A DNA stretch of 64,000 nt from Elusimicrobiota bacterium (GCA_016207645.1 JACQPH010000101.1:18-64017); one strand, 5' to 3'; shown: positions 1 through 10,469, counted from the first letter of the stretch. Translations and numbers: made by a program. Notes: generated by a model not told the origin, from the sequence alone.

Positions 1-40
1 CGGGGCAAAACCCCGGCCAACCCGAACCCTGAACAGTTAG
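1..40 (+). repeat. Right end of dispersed GTAAC...GTTAC palindromic element (copy 1, truncated by window edge)
   Basis: cggggcaaaaccccggccaacccgaaccctgaacagttag matches the right arm and terminal repeat of the copies at 42490-42662 and 54665-54829. Confidence 0.85.
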
Positions 41-125
41 ACCTTAATATTCTGAACGTAACTGTTAGTACACGCAACAAAAAATACATACTTTTGCGTA
101 TAACTGTGTTATATAATATTGGAGC

Positions 126-1511
126 ATGCGAGCGGAGCGCCCGGTCGCGCGCTTGCGGTTTTCCACGGCTAACAAGATGATACGAAAACTCGCGGCGGTC
201 CTGTTGTTTTCCTGGCCGGCCCTGCTGCCGCCGGCGGCGCGCTGCGCCTGGGAGAACATCCGTTACTCCGACGCCCCGCTGGCCGTGGTCTACGCCTCCA
301 CCGGCGCCTATGAAGTGGCCTATACCGCGGGGGAGGACTGCGCCAGCCCTTCCGAACTTGTCTCCTCCCCGGTTTCCGCCTGGTCGGGCTACCTTTCCCT
401 GGTGCCGGCCAATATGGTGAACCAGGGCGTCGTCGGCTTCGTCTCCACCTCCTCCGTGGCCCTGGACGGCGCGCTCTGGGGGAACCCGCCCGGCAACAGC
501 GTACAGCTCCTTTTCGGGGAGGACCTCGCGCCTTCGCTTTCCGCTCCGGCGGTGAACGTCACCAGGGTCTATGACAATACGGGCGGCGTGGTCAACTCCA
601 GCTGGGCGGTTACGTTCGGCTATTCCGGCCGGCAGCTGATCATCTCCCCCTCGGCCGACTGGCCCAAGGGCAGCGTCTTCTCGGTCTATATTTCCTCTTC
701 CATAGTGGATATAACCGGCTCTCCGGTCTCGGAGGCGGCCACGGTCTATTTCTCCGTGCTGATGGACTACCAGACGGACAATACCGCCGCCGCTTTCTCG
801 GACCGCCGGGTGCGCGTGGCCGTTCCGGCCAACGCTTATTCGCAGGATTTCTATCTCACCCTCTCCACCGACTCGGGCCGCCGGGAGGTGGCGGAGGCCA
901 ACGCCAGGCTGGCCGCCCTGCCGGGCGCGCCCGAGTTCCTCAATACCGTCGATGTGCGCCCTTACGATCCCGCCGGCAACCCGGTGCAGCCGGGCGCCCC
1001 CTGCGTGGTTACGCTGCCCTACCCGGACGACGACGGGAACGGGGTGATAGACGGCTCCGTCTCCAGGCTCAAGGCCTCGAACCTCGCGGTCTGGCACCTG
1101 GACGAGCAGCGGGGCCTCTGGGTGAAGCAGACCGGGGCCTCGCTGGACGCCTCTTCCAGGCTGGTGTCGCAGCCCGTCTCGCATTTCTCCAACTACGCGC
1201 TCCTGGCCCTGCCCGACGCCGACGTCACCCCGGTCTACGCCTTCCCGGTGCCTTTCAGGCCCAATGCCGGCAACGCGGCGAGGTACGGCAGCTGGAGCGA
1301 CCTGATCACTTTCACCAACCTGCCGGTACAGGGGAAGATACGGATCTACACCGTGACCGGGGCCCTTGTGCGCGAACTGGCCGTAACGCCGCCCTCGATG
1401 AAGTGGGACGTGAAGAACAAGGACGGGGAGCTGGTGGGCAGCGGCGTTTACCTGTGGGAAGTGACCTCCGGGAAGAACCGCAAGACCGGCAAGCTGGTGG
1501 TAATAAAGTAG
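126..1511 (+). CDS. Secreted Ig-like domain protein with C-terminal T9SS type A / FlgD-Ig-like sorting domain (start may be 177)
   Basis: Signal-peptide-like MIRKLAAVLLFSW; Big_5-like segment; C-terminus VYAFPVPFRP...IRIYTVTGALVREL...WDVKNKDGELVGSGVYLWEV...KTGKLVVIK. Confidence 0.75.
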   Translation: MRAERPVARLRFSTANKMIRKLAAVLLFSWPALLPPAARCAWENIRYSDAPLAVVYASTGAYEVAYTAGEDCASPSELVSSPVSAWSGYLSLVPANMVNQGVVGFVSTSSVALDGALWGNPPGNSVQLLFGEDLAPSLSAPAVNVTRVYDNTGGVVNSSWAVTFGYSGRQLIISPSADWPKGSVFSVYISSSIVDITGSPVSEAATVYFSVLMDYQTDNTAAAFSDRRVRVAVPANAYSQDFYLTLSTDSGRREVAEANARLAALPGAPEFLNTVDVRPYDPAGNPVQPGAPCVVTLPYPDDDGNGVIDGSVSRLKASNLAVWHLDEQRGLWVKQTGASLDASSRLVSQPVSHFSNYALLALPDADVTPVYAFPVPFRPNAGNAARYGSWSDLITFTNLPVQGKIRIYTVTGALVRELAVTPPSMKWDVKNKDGELVGSGVYLWEVTSGKNRKTGKLVVIK

Positions 1512-1523
1512 GGCCCGCTTATA

Positions 1524-2675
1524 ATGAAGAACAGGACCTTTCTGAAATTGATCGCGGCCGCCTGCTGCGCGCCGGCGCTCTTTCCCGCGGCCTCTTACGC
1601 CGGGGCCGGCAGGTCCGGCGGGGAATTCCTGCGCATCGTGCAGAGCCCCAGGGCCGTCGGCATGGGCGAGTCCGGCGCGGGAGCGCATGGCGACCTGCTG
1701 GGCGCCCTGGCCCTTAATCCCGCCGCCCTGGCCCGCTCCGGCTACAAGGAAACCGCTTTTACCTATAATTCCTGGCTCGAGGGGATAACCTCGCAGCAGG
1801 CCGCTTACGCCCACCCGCTGGCCGGCGGCAAAGGCGTGCTGGCCGCTTCGCTCAATATCCTGAGCGTCCCGTCCATAGACGGCTATAACAACGCCGGCGC
1901 GCCCGCCGGCGGCGTGGACGCCGGCGACCTGGCTTTCGGGGTCAGCTACGCGAGGCGGCTCGCCGGCCCCTGGGAGGACCTGCGCTCCGGGCTCTTCGCC
2001 GGCGGCTCGGTAAAATACGCGAGGGAGACGCTCGGGCCGGTCAAGGCCGGAGCGGCGCTCTTCGACGCCGGCGCCCTCTGGCTGAAAAGGCTGGGCAGCA
2101 GCATGCTGGGCCTGGGGCTTTCGGCGCAGTCGCTCGGCGGGGGTTTCAAGTTCGATTCCGTCGCCGAGAAGGCGCCCGCGGTGTACCGGGCCGGCGCTTC
2201 GTACATCATGGTGGTTTCCGGCGACCCGATAACGCTTTCCCTGGACTGGAAAAAACCCTGGGACTCCGGCGCCGCCGTCTGCGCCGGGGCCGAGTACCAG
2301 GCCTGGCGCGTTCTGTCGCTGCGGGCCGGCTATATCTCCGGGGAGGACCTGGGCGGCGGCCTGCGGCTGGGCGGCGGCGTGGCCATTAAACTGCTGCAGT
2401 TCGATTATTCGCTTTCTTCCTACGGCAAATTCGGCCCGGCCCACAGGTTCGGCCTGTCCTACAAATTCGACAAGCCGGTGGAAGTCACCAGATACCTGAC
2501 CTGGGACCAGGAGCAGGCCAGGCAGAAGACGGAGCGGGCCCGCCTCATGATCAGGGAAAGCCGCTATTACGACGCCGTCCTGGAGCTTAACGGGGCGCTC
2601 ATCCTGGACCCCGGCAACAAAGAGGCGCTGGAGCTCATGCGCAAGGCGCGGGGGCTGGTGGAGGTCTCTAAATAA
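1524..2675 (+). CDS. PorV/PorQ-family outer-membrane beta-barrel with C-terminal TPR-like extension
   Basis: FLRIVQSPRAVGMGE...NPAALA N-terminal motif of PorV/FadL-like barrels; LRAGY, FDYS, HRFGLSYKF strands; helical tail YYDAVLELNGALILDPGNKEA. Confidence 0.8.
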   Translation: MKNRTFLKLIAAACCAPALFPAASYAGAGRSGGEFLRIVQSPRAVGMGESGAGAHGDLLGALALNPAALARSGYKETAFTYNSWLEGITSQQAAYAHPLAGGKGVLAASLNILSVPSIDGYNNAGAPAGGVDAGDLAFGVSYARRLAGPWEDLRSGLFAGGSVKYARETLGPVKAGAALFDAGALWLKRLGSSMLGLGLSAQSLGGGFKFDSVAEKAPAVYRAGASYIMVVSGDPITLSLDWKKPWDSGAAVCAGAEYQAWRVLSLRAGYISGEDLGGGLRLGGGVAIKLLQFDYSLSSYGKFGPAHRFGLSYKFDKPVEVTRYLTWDQEQARQKTERARLMIRESRYYDAVLELNGALILDPGNKEALELMRKARGLVEVSK

Positions 2676-3523
2676 TGCTCCCGCTCGGGTTAGCGCTGGT
2701 CCTGGCCGCTCTCCAGCCCGCCGCCGCCCAGACCGCGGCGGGCGGGGGTGAACCCGGCGCGAAAGCCGCCAGGGCCGCGGTGGACGATTCCCGCGCCGGG
2801 ATGCTGAAGCTCATGGACCGGGTGATCGCCGATCCCTCCGACGAGCAGGCCCGGAGGGAACTGCGCGTGGCCGCGGGGCTGGCGGTGGAGAAGGAGCGGC
2901 TGGCCTTCGCCGCGGAGCGCGAAGAGCTCCTGGCCGGAGCGGGGCGGGAGAGGGGAAAGATAATGGCTATGCGCGCGGCCAGGAAAAAGCGGCAGGACAG
3001 CTGGGACAGGGATTTTTTGAAGGCCTGCGGGCTGGCCTCCGAGGCCCATACCGTGAAGGAAGCCGTGTCCGCCTATGAGAGCCTGCTGGAGACTTTTCCG
3101 GTCTACTCGGACAACAGGGCCTATCTGCTGGCTTCCGGGGCGAAGATAAAGGGCATCTTTTACAAGGTCATCAAGGAGATCTATCCGTACCTGCTGGCCG
3201 GGCGCGACTCGGTGGACGAACGCACTTTGGCGGCGCTGCAGTTCTCCCGGGTGGCCGCGATGCAGGAATACGGCGGTCACCCGGACACCACCGCCGCCGA
3301 GAAAGAGCTGAAGAAGGCGGAGCGGTTCAGGCGCCTGGAGCGGGAGCTGCTGCTGAAGCACGAGAACATCAAGACCGCGATGGACCTCTACGAGATAAAG
3401 CGCTACGCCGATTCGCTGAAGAATTTCGACCAGGCCCTGGCCTACGACAGGAATAACGAAGAGGCGCTGTTCTACCGGGCGCTGGCCAGGAAAAAAGCCG
3501 GCCTGCGGGAAGACGAGAGGTGA
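2675..3523 (+). CDS. Exported helical/TPR protein
   Basis: Signal peptide; C-terminal TPR (YADSLKNFDQALAYDRNNEEALFY); TAATG overlap with the upstream gene. Confidence 0.65.
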   Translation: MLPLGLALVLAALQPAAAQTAAGGGEPGAKAARAAVDDSRAGMLKLMDRVIADPSDEQARRELRVAAGLAVEKERLAFAAEREELLAGAGRERGKIMAMRAARKKRQDSWDRDFLKACGLASEAHTVKEAVSAYESLLETFPVYSDNRAYLLASGAKIKGIFYKVIKEIYPYLLAGRDSVDERTLAALQFSRVAAMQEYGGHPDTTAAEKELKKAERFRRLERELLLKHENIKTAMDLYEIKRYADSLKNFDQALAYDRNNEEALFYRALARKKAGLREDER

Positions 3524-3527
3524 GCTT

Positions 3528-6500
3528 GTGAAGATAAAACACGGACTTGCGGCCGCGGCCGCTCTGGCTTTCCTGTTCCTGGCGGGCGTTCAGACCTTCG
3601 CCGCCTCGCCCGCCCAGGTCAGCTACCAGGGCACGCTCAGGAAGAACGGCGTGCTTTTCAGCGGCACCGCCGCCATGGAGTTCCGCATTACCAACGCCGA
3701 CGGCTCCGCGGTCTATTGGGCTTCCGGGTCCACGGACGTGGTGGTCTCCACCGGTCTTTTCCGCTACGCTCTCGGCTCCCCCAACGAGGTCGATTTCGGC
3801 AATATCGTCTGGAAAGAGATCACCCCTTACGTGCAGATGAACCTGGACGGCGGCTGGCTGCCGCGCGAGCCGCTGTATACCTCCGTCTACTCGCTGCATT
3901 CCAGGACGGCCGAGTCCTCCACCGGGACTTTCACCGTCAACGGCGGCGACCTGAAGCTCGTTTCCGCCACCGGCAGCAAGGGCATTTATTTCCAGGACGG
4001 CACCGCGCAGTACAGCGCCCCCGGCTGGGTCGTCACCGGCGCTTACACTTCTTTCGCGGGAGGGGCCGGCGTCGGTACCCTGACCCCGGCCACCAGGCTG
4101 GACGTGAAGGGGGCCGCCGCCGACCCTTATATACAGTTCTGGCGCGACGAGAACGGGGTGGTGAAGGCCACCATGACCGCGGCCGGCCTGCTTTACGCCG
4201 ACGGCTCGCAGCTGAGCAACCTGCCGGCGGGGGCCGACAATATGGGGAACCATACCGCTACCCAGGCCCTGAGCATGGCCGCTTTCCCCGTAAATAACGC
4301 CGGGGCGATAACCGCCAACGGCCAGGTCACCACTTATTCCAGCGCCACGGTAGTTTCGGCTTTCGGCCTCGGCGCGCCCAGGGTCAGGCTGGCGGGCGGG
4401 GTAGAGGTGTCCTCCTACTCGGCCGGCGGCGTCTATATTTCCTCTAACGTGACCCTCGCTTCCGGGGGCAGATATTTCGGCGACGGCTCCAGGCTGACGG
4501 GTGTTAACGACAGCCTTGGCAGCCATATAGCTACCCAGACCCTGAACATGGCGGGCTACGAGATCTCCGGCGTCTCTACGATCACCGTTGCCGCGGCCCT
4601 GCGCTTCGACGCTAACGTGGCTGTCTCTTCCGCCGCCGGACTTTACAGCGGGATATATATTTCCACCAACGTGAACATAGCTCCCGGCGCCCGATATTAC
4701 GGCGACGGCTCGGGCCTGACCGGGATAGTCGGCGTGGACAACCTGGGAAACCACACCATGACGCAGGGCCTGGCCACCGGCCCGAACTGGATCTCCTACG
4801 ACGGCTCCCCCTCCGGGCTTAACCTGGACGCCCTGGGGAATATAGGCGTGAACCAGGCGGCGGGTTCCGCCAGCCTGGACGTGCGCGGCGCCGGCGGCAG
4901 CTATATACAGATCTGGCGCAACTCCTCCGGGGTCATCAGGGCCTCGATGACGGTCGCGGGCGCGTTCTACGCCGACGGCTCGCAGCTGCGCAATGTGCCG
5001 GCCGGCGGCACCGCCAACCAGGCGCTGAACATGGCTTCTTTCGATATCGCCAATGTTTCCACGGTCACGCTGAGTTCCGTGACCAGTTCCGGGATAGGGG
5101 TGGTGTTCAGTACCAATGTGCTGCTGATGAACGGGCGGCTGGGCGTCAATACCTCTCTTCCGCAGGAAAGCCTGGACGTGAACGGCAATTTCAAGAGTTC
5201 CAGCCTGTCGGGTTTCGGGAATCAATGCGTTTACGCCGATGATAACGGCAGGCTTCTCCTGTCCGGAAGCGGACTGTGCGGCAGCGCTTCCGGTTTGGAT
5301 AATCTGGGCAACCGGATCATGCTCGGCAATCTTATCACCGGCAGCAACTGGATCTCCTTCGACGGCAGCGCCGGCGGCCTGTCGGTGAACGTCAGCAGCA
5401 ATGTCGGCATAGGCGTCCTCTCGGCCGCGACGCGGCTGGACGTGCAGGGGCGGAGCGGGGACAGCTACGTGCAGATCTGGCGCGATTCCGCCGGGGTGAT
5501 AAAGGCTTCTATGACGGCCGCCGGCCTGCTCTACGCCGACGCTTCGCAGATGGTCAACCTGCCTTCAGGCGGGGACAGCCTCGGCGATCATACTTCCACG
5601 CAGACCCTTGATATGTCCGGTTTCCAGATAGTGAACGCGGGCTCGGTCACGGTCACCGCGGCCGCCGGAGTGGGCGCCGCCAGGCTGAGTCTCAATACGA
5701 ACGTGGAGATCTCTTCCGAGACCGATCCAGCGCTGGGCGCGGGCTTGCGCGTTTCCTCTAACGTGTATATAGTCGGTTTCTCTTCCGCGGCCAAATATTA
5801 CGGCGACGGCTCCGGCCTGACCGGTGTTATCAGCTCGCCCGACGGCCTGGGCAACCATACGGCCACGCAGGACCTGGCCATGACCTCCTTCGATATCACC
5901 GGCGTCTCCACTATTACGGTCAGTTCCGTCACCGGCACCGGCATAGGCGTAGTGTTCAGCACCAATGTGCTGATCATGAGCGGGAACCTGGGCGTGAACA
6001 AGGCTCTGCCGCAGGCGAGCCTGGACGTGAACGGGAATATAATGAGCTCCAGCCTTTCCGGCGCCGGGGATCAGTGCGTATATGCCGATAATACCGGCCG
6101 CCTGCTCCTGTCCGGGGTAGGGACTTGCGGAAGCGCGGCGGGGCTGGATAACCTGGGCAACCGGATCATGCTCGGCAATCTTATCACCGGCAGCAACTGG
6201 ATCTCTTTCGACGGCAGCAACGGCGGCCTGTCGGTGAATATCAGCAGCAATGTGGGCATCGGCATCCTGTCGGCCGCCACGCGGCTGGACGTGCAGGCGG
6301 CCGCGGGGGACATTTACGCGCAGATCTGGCGCAACTCCGCGGGGGTCATCCAGGCCTCGATGTCGGCCACCGGGGAGCTGTATGCGGACGCTTCCAGGAT
6401 GCGCAACCTGCCTTCAGGGGCGGACGACCTGGGCAGCCACACGGCCACGCAGGACCTGGACCTGGCCTCCAGCGATATAATCGGCGTTTCCACCATCACG

Positions 6501-9500
6501 GCGGGCTACCTGACCAGCGCCGGCCCCGGCGTGATCTTCAGCACCAATCTGCTGGTCATGGACGGCAGCCTGGGCGTGAGCACCCTGGTGCCGCAGGAAA
6601 AACTGCATGTCACGGGCAAGATACGCGCTTCCAGCCTGTCCGGCTCCGGCAACAGGTGCGTCCAGGCCAACGATTCCGGCGTGCTGGGGCTTTCCGCCGA
6701 CGCCTGCGGCCTGGCAGGGGCGGGCGGGGACAACCTGGGCGACTATACCATGACCTTCAACCTGCTGACCAACGGCAACTGGCTCTCGGGAGACGGCGGG
6801 AACGAGGGTATACAGATAGACTCGCTCGGGAACGTTTCCATCGGGGACTCCGCCAATAATGCCCGCCTCGACGTGCGCGGCGGCGCGCTCACTAATATCC
6901 AGGTATGGCGCGACGTGGCGGGGGTGACGCGGGCTTCCATAAGCAGCGGCGGCGGCCTGGCCGCCAGCAGCGCTACCGTCAACGGCCAGCTCACCGTTAA
7001 TTCCAGCGCCACCGTGACCGCGGCCCAGGGTCTGGGCTCGCCCAAGCTGAAGCTCTCCTCGAACGTGGAGATCTCCTCCGAGACCGCCGCCTCCTACGGC
7101 GGCGGCGTGCGCGTTTCCTCCAACGTGTACATAGTGGGCTATTCCTCGGCCGCCAGGTATTACGGCGACGGCTCCGCGCTGACCGGCCTGACCGGGCTGA
7201 ACGCCTCCAATATCAGCGCGGGTACGCTTTCCGACGCCAGGCTTTCCGCCAACGTGCCCCTGCTCGACGCGGTCAATACTTTCTCCAGCAGCCTCACGGT
7301 GACCGGCGCCGGCGGCGCCAGGCTCGCCCGTATCGGTTTCAACGACGCGGTGGAGTTCTCTTCCGCCGCGGCCGGCAGCTACGGCGGCGTGCAGTTCTCC
7401 ACCCATGTCTTTCTGCCGGCCGGCGCGAAGTATTACGGCGACGGCTCGCAGCTGACCGGCGTGAGCGGTTCCGACGACCTGGGGAACCATACCGCCACCC
7501 AGGACCTGGACCTGAACACCTTCAACCTGGTGAACGTGGCCTCCCTGACCGCCAGGGGCGCCGTGACCGCCTATTCCAGCGTTACCGTGGCCGGCGACCT
7601 CGGCCTGGGCGCCGCTTTGCGGTTCGACAATAATGTGGAACTCTCCTCCTCCACCGGGCTGAACCGGGGGATCCAGATCTCCACCAACGTCTACATAGTC
7701 GGCATCGCTTCCGCCGCGAAGTATTACGGCGACGGCTCCGGCCTCTACGGCGTGACCGGCGACAATATCATCGATACCCTCGCGGCCACGCTGACAGCCG
7801 GCTCCGACGCCGGCGGTTCCAGTATAACCAACCTGGGCTCGCTGACGGCCGGCGCCGATATAACCGCCGGCGGCTCCGTGGCCGCCAGCGGGGATGTAAC
7901 GGCTGCCGGGCATGTCACGGCCGGCGGCCCTCTCACCACCTATTCCAGTGCCACCGTCGCGGGGGCGCTGGGCCTTGGCGCGGCCAGGCTCCGTTTCAGC
8001 GCCGGCGTTGAGATCTCCTCCCAGACTTCCGCCGCGCTGGGCGGCGGCGTCGGCGTCTCCTCGAACGTGTACATAGTAGGTTTCTCTTCCGCCGCCAAAT
8101 ATTACGGCGACGGCTCTTCTCTCACCGGGGTCTCCGACGATCTGGGGAACCATACGGCCACGGCCGACCTGAACATGGCCTCGAACGATATCCTCTCGGT
8201 CTCCACCATTACCGTCGGGTACCTTTTCAGCCAGGGCGCCGGCGTGGCTTTCACCACCAATGCTTTTATCCTTGGCGGCCGGCTCGGCATCAATACGTCT
8301 TTGCCGCAGGAAAGTCTGGACGTGAACGGCAACATCATGAGCGCCAGCCTGTCGGGCTTCGGAGACCGGTGCGTGTATGCCGATACTACAGGTAAGCTCC
8401 AATTGGCCGGAGATGTATGCGGAACCGGCGCCGGGACTGATAATATGGGCAACCACACGATGACCCAGAATCTTAAAACCGGCGGCAACCTGATAACTTA
8501 TGGCCCCGGAGTCGGCAGCGGCCTGTCTATCAATATAAGCAGCAATGTCGGCATAGGCCTTTCTAACGCCGCGACCAGGCTGGACGCGCAGACGGGGCTG
8601 GGGGACCCTTATATGCAGTTCTGGCGCGACTCGGGCGGCACCATTATAGCTTCCATGTCGGCCACCGGCAGCCTCATGTCCTCGCGGTTCGTGGGCGACG
8701 GCTCCGGCCTGAGCAAGCTGCCGCCCCTGCCGGAGAACCTGATCACCAACGGCTTCTGGCTGTCCAATGACGGAGTTAACGGCGGCATTTACGTGAACGC
8801 CTCCAACAATGTCGGCGTCGGTACTCCTTTCCCCGGCGCCAGCCTGGACGTTAAGGCTTCCGGCGCTTACGCGCAGCTCTGGCGCGATTCCGGGGACCTG
8901 GCCGTGGCCACGATGACCGCGGAGGGCCTGTTCAGCGTCTCCTCCAACGTGTATATAGCCGGCTTCTCCTCGGCTTCCGTGTATTACGGCGCCGGCTCGG
9001 CCCTTACCGGCCTGAACGCTTCCAATATCGGCGCGGGGACGCTGGCTGACGCGCGGCTTTCCGCCAATGTGCCCCTGCTGGACGCCGCCAATACCTTCTC
9101 CAGCAGCATCACGGTGACCGGGGTTGCCGGCGCCAGGCTGGCCCGGATCGGTTTCAACGACGCGGCGGAGCTCTCTTCCGCGGCGGCCGGCAACTACGGC
9201 GGCGTGCAGTTCTCCACCAACGTCTTCCTGCCGGCGGGTGCGAAGTATTACGGGGACGGTTCCGCGCTGACCGGCATAAGCGGCCCCGATGATCTGGGCA
9301 ACCATATCGCAACCGCCGACTTGAACATGAATAACTTTAACCTGCTCAATGTAGGCGCCATAGCCCCCGATCCGGCGTCCAGCGTGACCGTGGTAGGGGT
9401 GCTGCAGTCGTTCGGGAGCGGTTATACGCAGATCTGGCGCAATTCGATAGGCGTCGCGGTGGCCTCGATGACGGACGCCGGCGTGCTTTACGCCGACGGC

Positions 9501-10469
9501 TCCCAGCTCACCGGCGTGGCCGGCGGCGGCAGCCTGTCGGCGCTGCTGGCCTCCAGCCCCGACGCGGCGAACGGCTATATTATCAACCTCAGCAGCCTGG
9601 CCGCCGGCCGGTCCGTGGCTTACGCGCCGCTGGACGTGCAGGCGTCCGCCGCCGGTACCAACAGCCAGATCTGGCGCGACGAGGCGGGCGTCTATGTGGC
9701 GTCGATGTCGGCCGCCGGAGCGTTCTACGCCGGAAGCGCGGTTATGAACAGCGCGGAGCTGTATTCTTCCCTGGTGGTTAACAATGTGGAGATAAGCTCC
9801 CATATGTCGGTGGGCAATCAGGGCGGGGTAGCGCCTTCCGTCGTCGTTATGGCCTCAAGCGTTATAGAGGAGGCGGATATAGACAATGTCAATCCGAACG
9901 TCGGGGTGCTGGGCGCCGCTCTGCTGAACCCCACCGCCGTCAGAAGCGGAAGCGGCCCCGAGATGGTTATCGGCGGCAATTTCCGGGGAGGAATAGTTCC
10001 GGGGATGGGCGTCGACAAGGACTTCCCCACTCTCATGGGCTTGAGGACCGCCGCCTGGGCCAATACCTCGGGCCAGGTGACGAACGCCTACGGTATCTGG
10101 GTGCAGAACGAGCAGACCGCGGGGGTAGTAGTGAATAATTACGGCGTTTATGTGGCGACCCCTGTATTAAGCGGCGGGGCCATAACCAACAATTACGGTA
10201 TTTATATAAGCACCCAGTCGGGGTTAGGCGCTGCTACGGACTACAACATCTATTCCGCGGGCGCCGGCAGCGTTAATCGCTTCGAGGGCGCGGTCCGGGT
10301 GGACGGAGCGTTGAGGCTGGCGTCCAAAACAAAAGCGGAGATATTGCTGCTCGATCCCGTTGATGTGGGAGAGATGTATTACTGCTCGGATTGCACCCCG
10401 AAGACCATGGTCGTTTCCACCGGGACCGCGGTCGGCAATTTCGCTAATGGCGCCGGCGGAGCTTTCTAA
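3528..10469 (+). CDS. Giant (2313 aa) repetitive tail-fibre-like surface adhesin
   Basis: Signal peptide; N-domain SPAQVSYQGTL...GLFRYALG; many recurring modules DNLGNHTATQDL, YYGDGSGLTG, NVGIG..RLDV, QIWRxSAGVIxASM; C-terminal YYCSDC. Confidence 0.8.
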   Translation: MKIKHGLAAAAALAFLFLAGVQTFAASPAQVSYQGTLRKNGVLFSGTAAMEFRITNADGSAVYWASGSTDVVVSTGLFRYALGSPNEVDFGNIVWKEITPYVQMNLDGGWLPREPLYTSVYSLHSRTAESSTGTFTVNGGDLKLVSATGSKGIYFQDGTAQYSAPGWVVTGAYTSFAGGAGVGTLTPATRLDVKGAAADPYIQFWRDENGVVKATMTAAGLLYADGSQLSNLPAGADNMGNHTATQALSMAAFPVNNAGAITANGQVTTYSSATVVSAFGLGAPRVRLAGGVEVSSYSAGGVYISSNVTLASGGRYFGDGSRLTGVNDSLGSHIATQTLNMAGYEISGVSTITVAAALRFDANVAVSSAAGLYSGIYISTNVNIAPGARYYGDGSGLTGIVGVDNLGNHTMTQGLATGPNWISYDGSPSGLNLDALGNIGVNQAAGSASLDVRGAGGSYIQIWRNSSGVIRASMTVAGAFYADGSQLRNVPAGGTANQALNMASFDIANVSTVTLSSVTSSGIGVVFSTNVLLMNGRLGVNTSLPQESLDVNGNFKSSSLSGFGNQCVYADDNGRLLLSGSGLCGSASGLDNLGNRIMLGNLITGSNWISFDGSAGGLSVNVSSNVGIGVLSAATRLDVQGRSGDSYVQIWRDSAGVIKASMTAAGLLYADASQMVNLPSGGDSLGDHTSTQTLDMSGFQIVNAGSVTVTAAAGVGAARLSLNTNVEISSETDPALGAGLRVSSNVYIVGFSSAAKYYGDGSGLTGVISSPDGLGNHTATQDLAMTSFDITGVSTITVSSVTGTGIGVVFSTNVLIMSGNLGVNKALPQASLDVNGNIMSSSLSGAGDQCVYADNTGRLLLSGVGTCGSAAGLDNLGNRIMLGNLITGSNWISFDGSNGGLSVNISSNVGIGILSAATRLDVQAAAGDIYAQIWRNSAGVIQASMSATGELYADASRMRNLPSGADDLGSHTATQDLDLASSDIIGVSTITAGYLTSAGPGVIFSTNLLVMDGSLGVSTLVPQEKLHVTGKIRASSLSGSGNRCVQANDSGVLGLSADACGLAGAGGDNLGDYTMTFNLLTNGNWLSGDGGNEGIQIDSLGNVSIGDSANNARLDVRGGALTNIQVWRDVAGVTRASISSGGGLAASSATVNGQLTVNSSATVTAAQGLGSPKLKLSSNVEISSETAASYGGGVRVSSNVYIVGYSSAARYYGDGSALTGLTGLNASNISAGTLSDARLSANVPLLDAVNTFSSSLTVTGAGGARLARIGFNDAVEFSSAAAGSYGGVQFSTHVFLPAGAKYYGDGSQLTGVSGSDDLGNHTATQDLDLNTFNLVNVASLTARGAVTAYSSVTVAGDLGLGAALRFDNNVELSSSTGLNRGIQISTNVYIVGIASAAKYYGDGSGLYGVTGDNIIDTLAATLTAGSDAGGSSITNLGSLTAGADITAGGSVAASGDVTAAGHVTAGGPLTTYSSATVAGALGLGAARLRFSAGVEISSQTSAALGGGVGVSSNVYIVGFSSAAKYYGDGSSLTGVSDDLGNHTATADLNMASNDILSVSTITVGYLFSQGAGVAFTTNAFILGGRLGINTSLPQESLDVNGNIMSASLSGFGDRCVYADTTGKLQLAGDVCGTGAGTDNMGNHTMTQNLKTGGNLITYGPGVGSGLSINISSNVGIGLSNAATRLDAQTGLGDPYMQFWRDSGGTIIASMSATGSLMSSRFVGDGSGLSKLPPLPENLITNGFWLSNDGVNGGIYVNASNNVGVGTPFPGASLDVKASGAYAQLWRDSGDLAVATMTAEGLFSVSSNVYIAGFSSASVYYGAGSALTGLNASNIGAGTLADARLSANVPLLDAANTFSSSITVTGVAGARLARIGFNDAAELSSAAAGNYGGVQFSTNVFLPAGAKYYGDGSALTGISGPDDLGNHIATADLNMNNFNLLNVGAIAPDPASSVTVVGVLQSFGSGYTQIWRNSIGVAVASMTDAGVLYADGSQLTGVAGGGSLSALLASSPDAANGYIINLSSLAAGRSVAYAPLDVQASAAGTNSQIWRDEAGVYVASMSAAGAFYAGSAVMNSAELYSSLVVNNVEISSHMSVGNQGGVAPSVVVMASSVIEEADIDNVNPNVGVLGAALLNPTAVRSGSGPEMVIGGNFRGGIVPGMGVDKDFPTLMGLRTAAWANTSGQVTNAYGIWVQNEQTAGVVVNNYGVYVATPVLSGGAITNNYGIYISTQSGLGAATDYNIYSAGAGSVNRFEGAVRVDGALRLASKTKAEILLLDPVDVGEMYYCSDCTPKTMVVSTGTAVGNFANGAGGAF

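Noticed and set aside
6414-9803. 1129-aa antisense ORF (also 3369..5225)
   Set aside because: Shadow of the fibre gene caused by high-GC codon bias; no motifs
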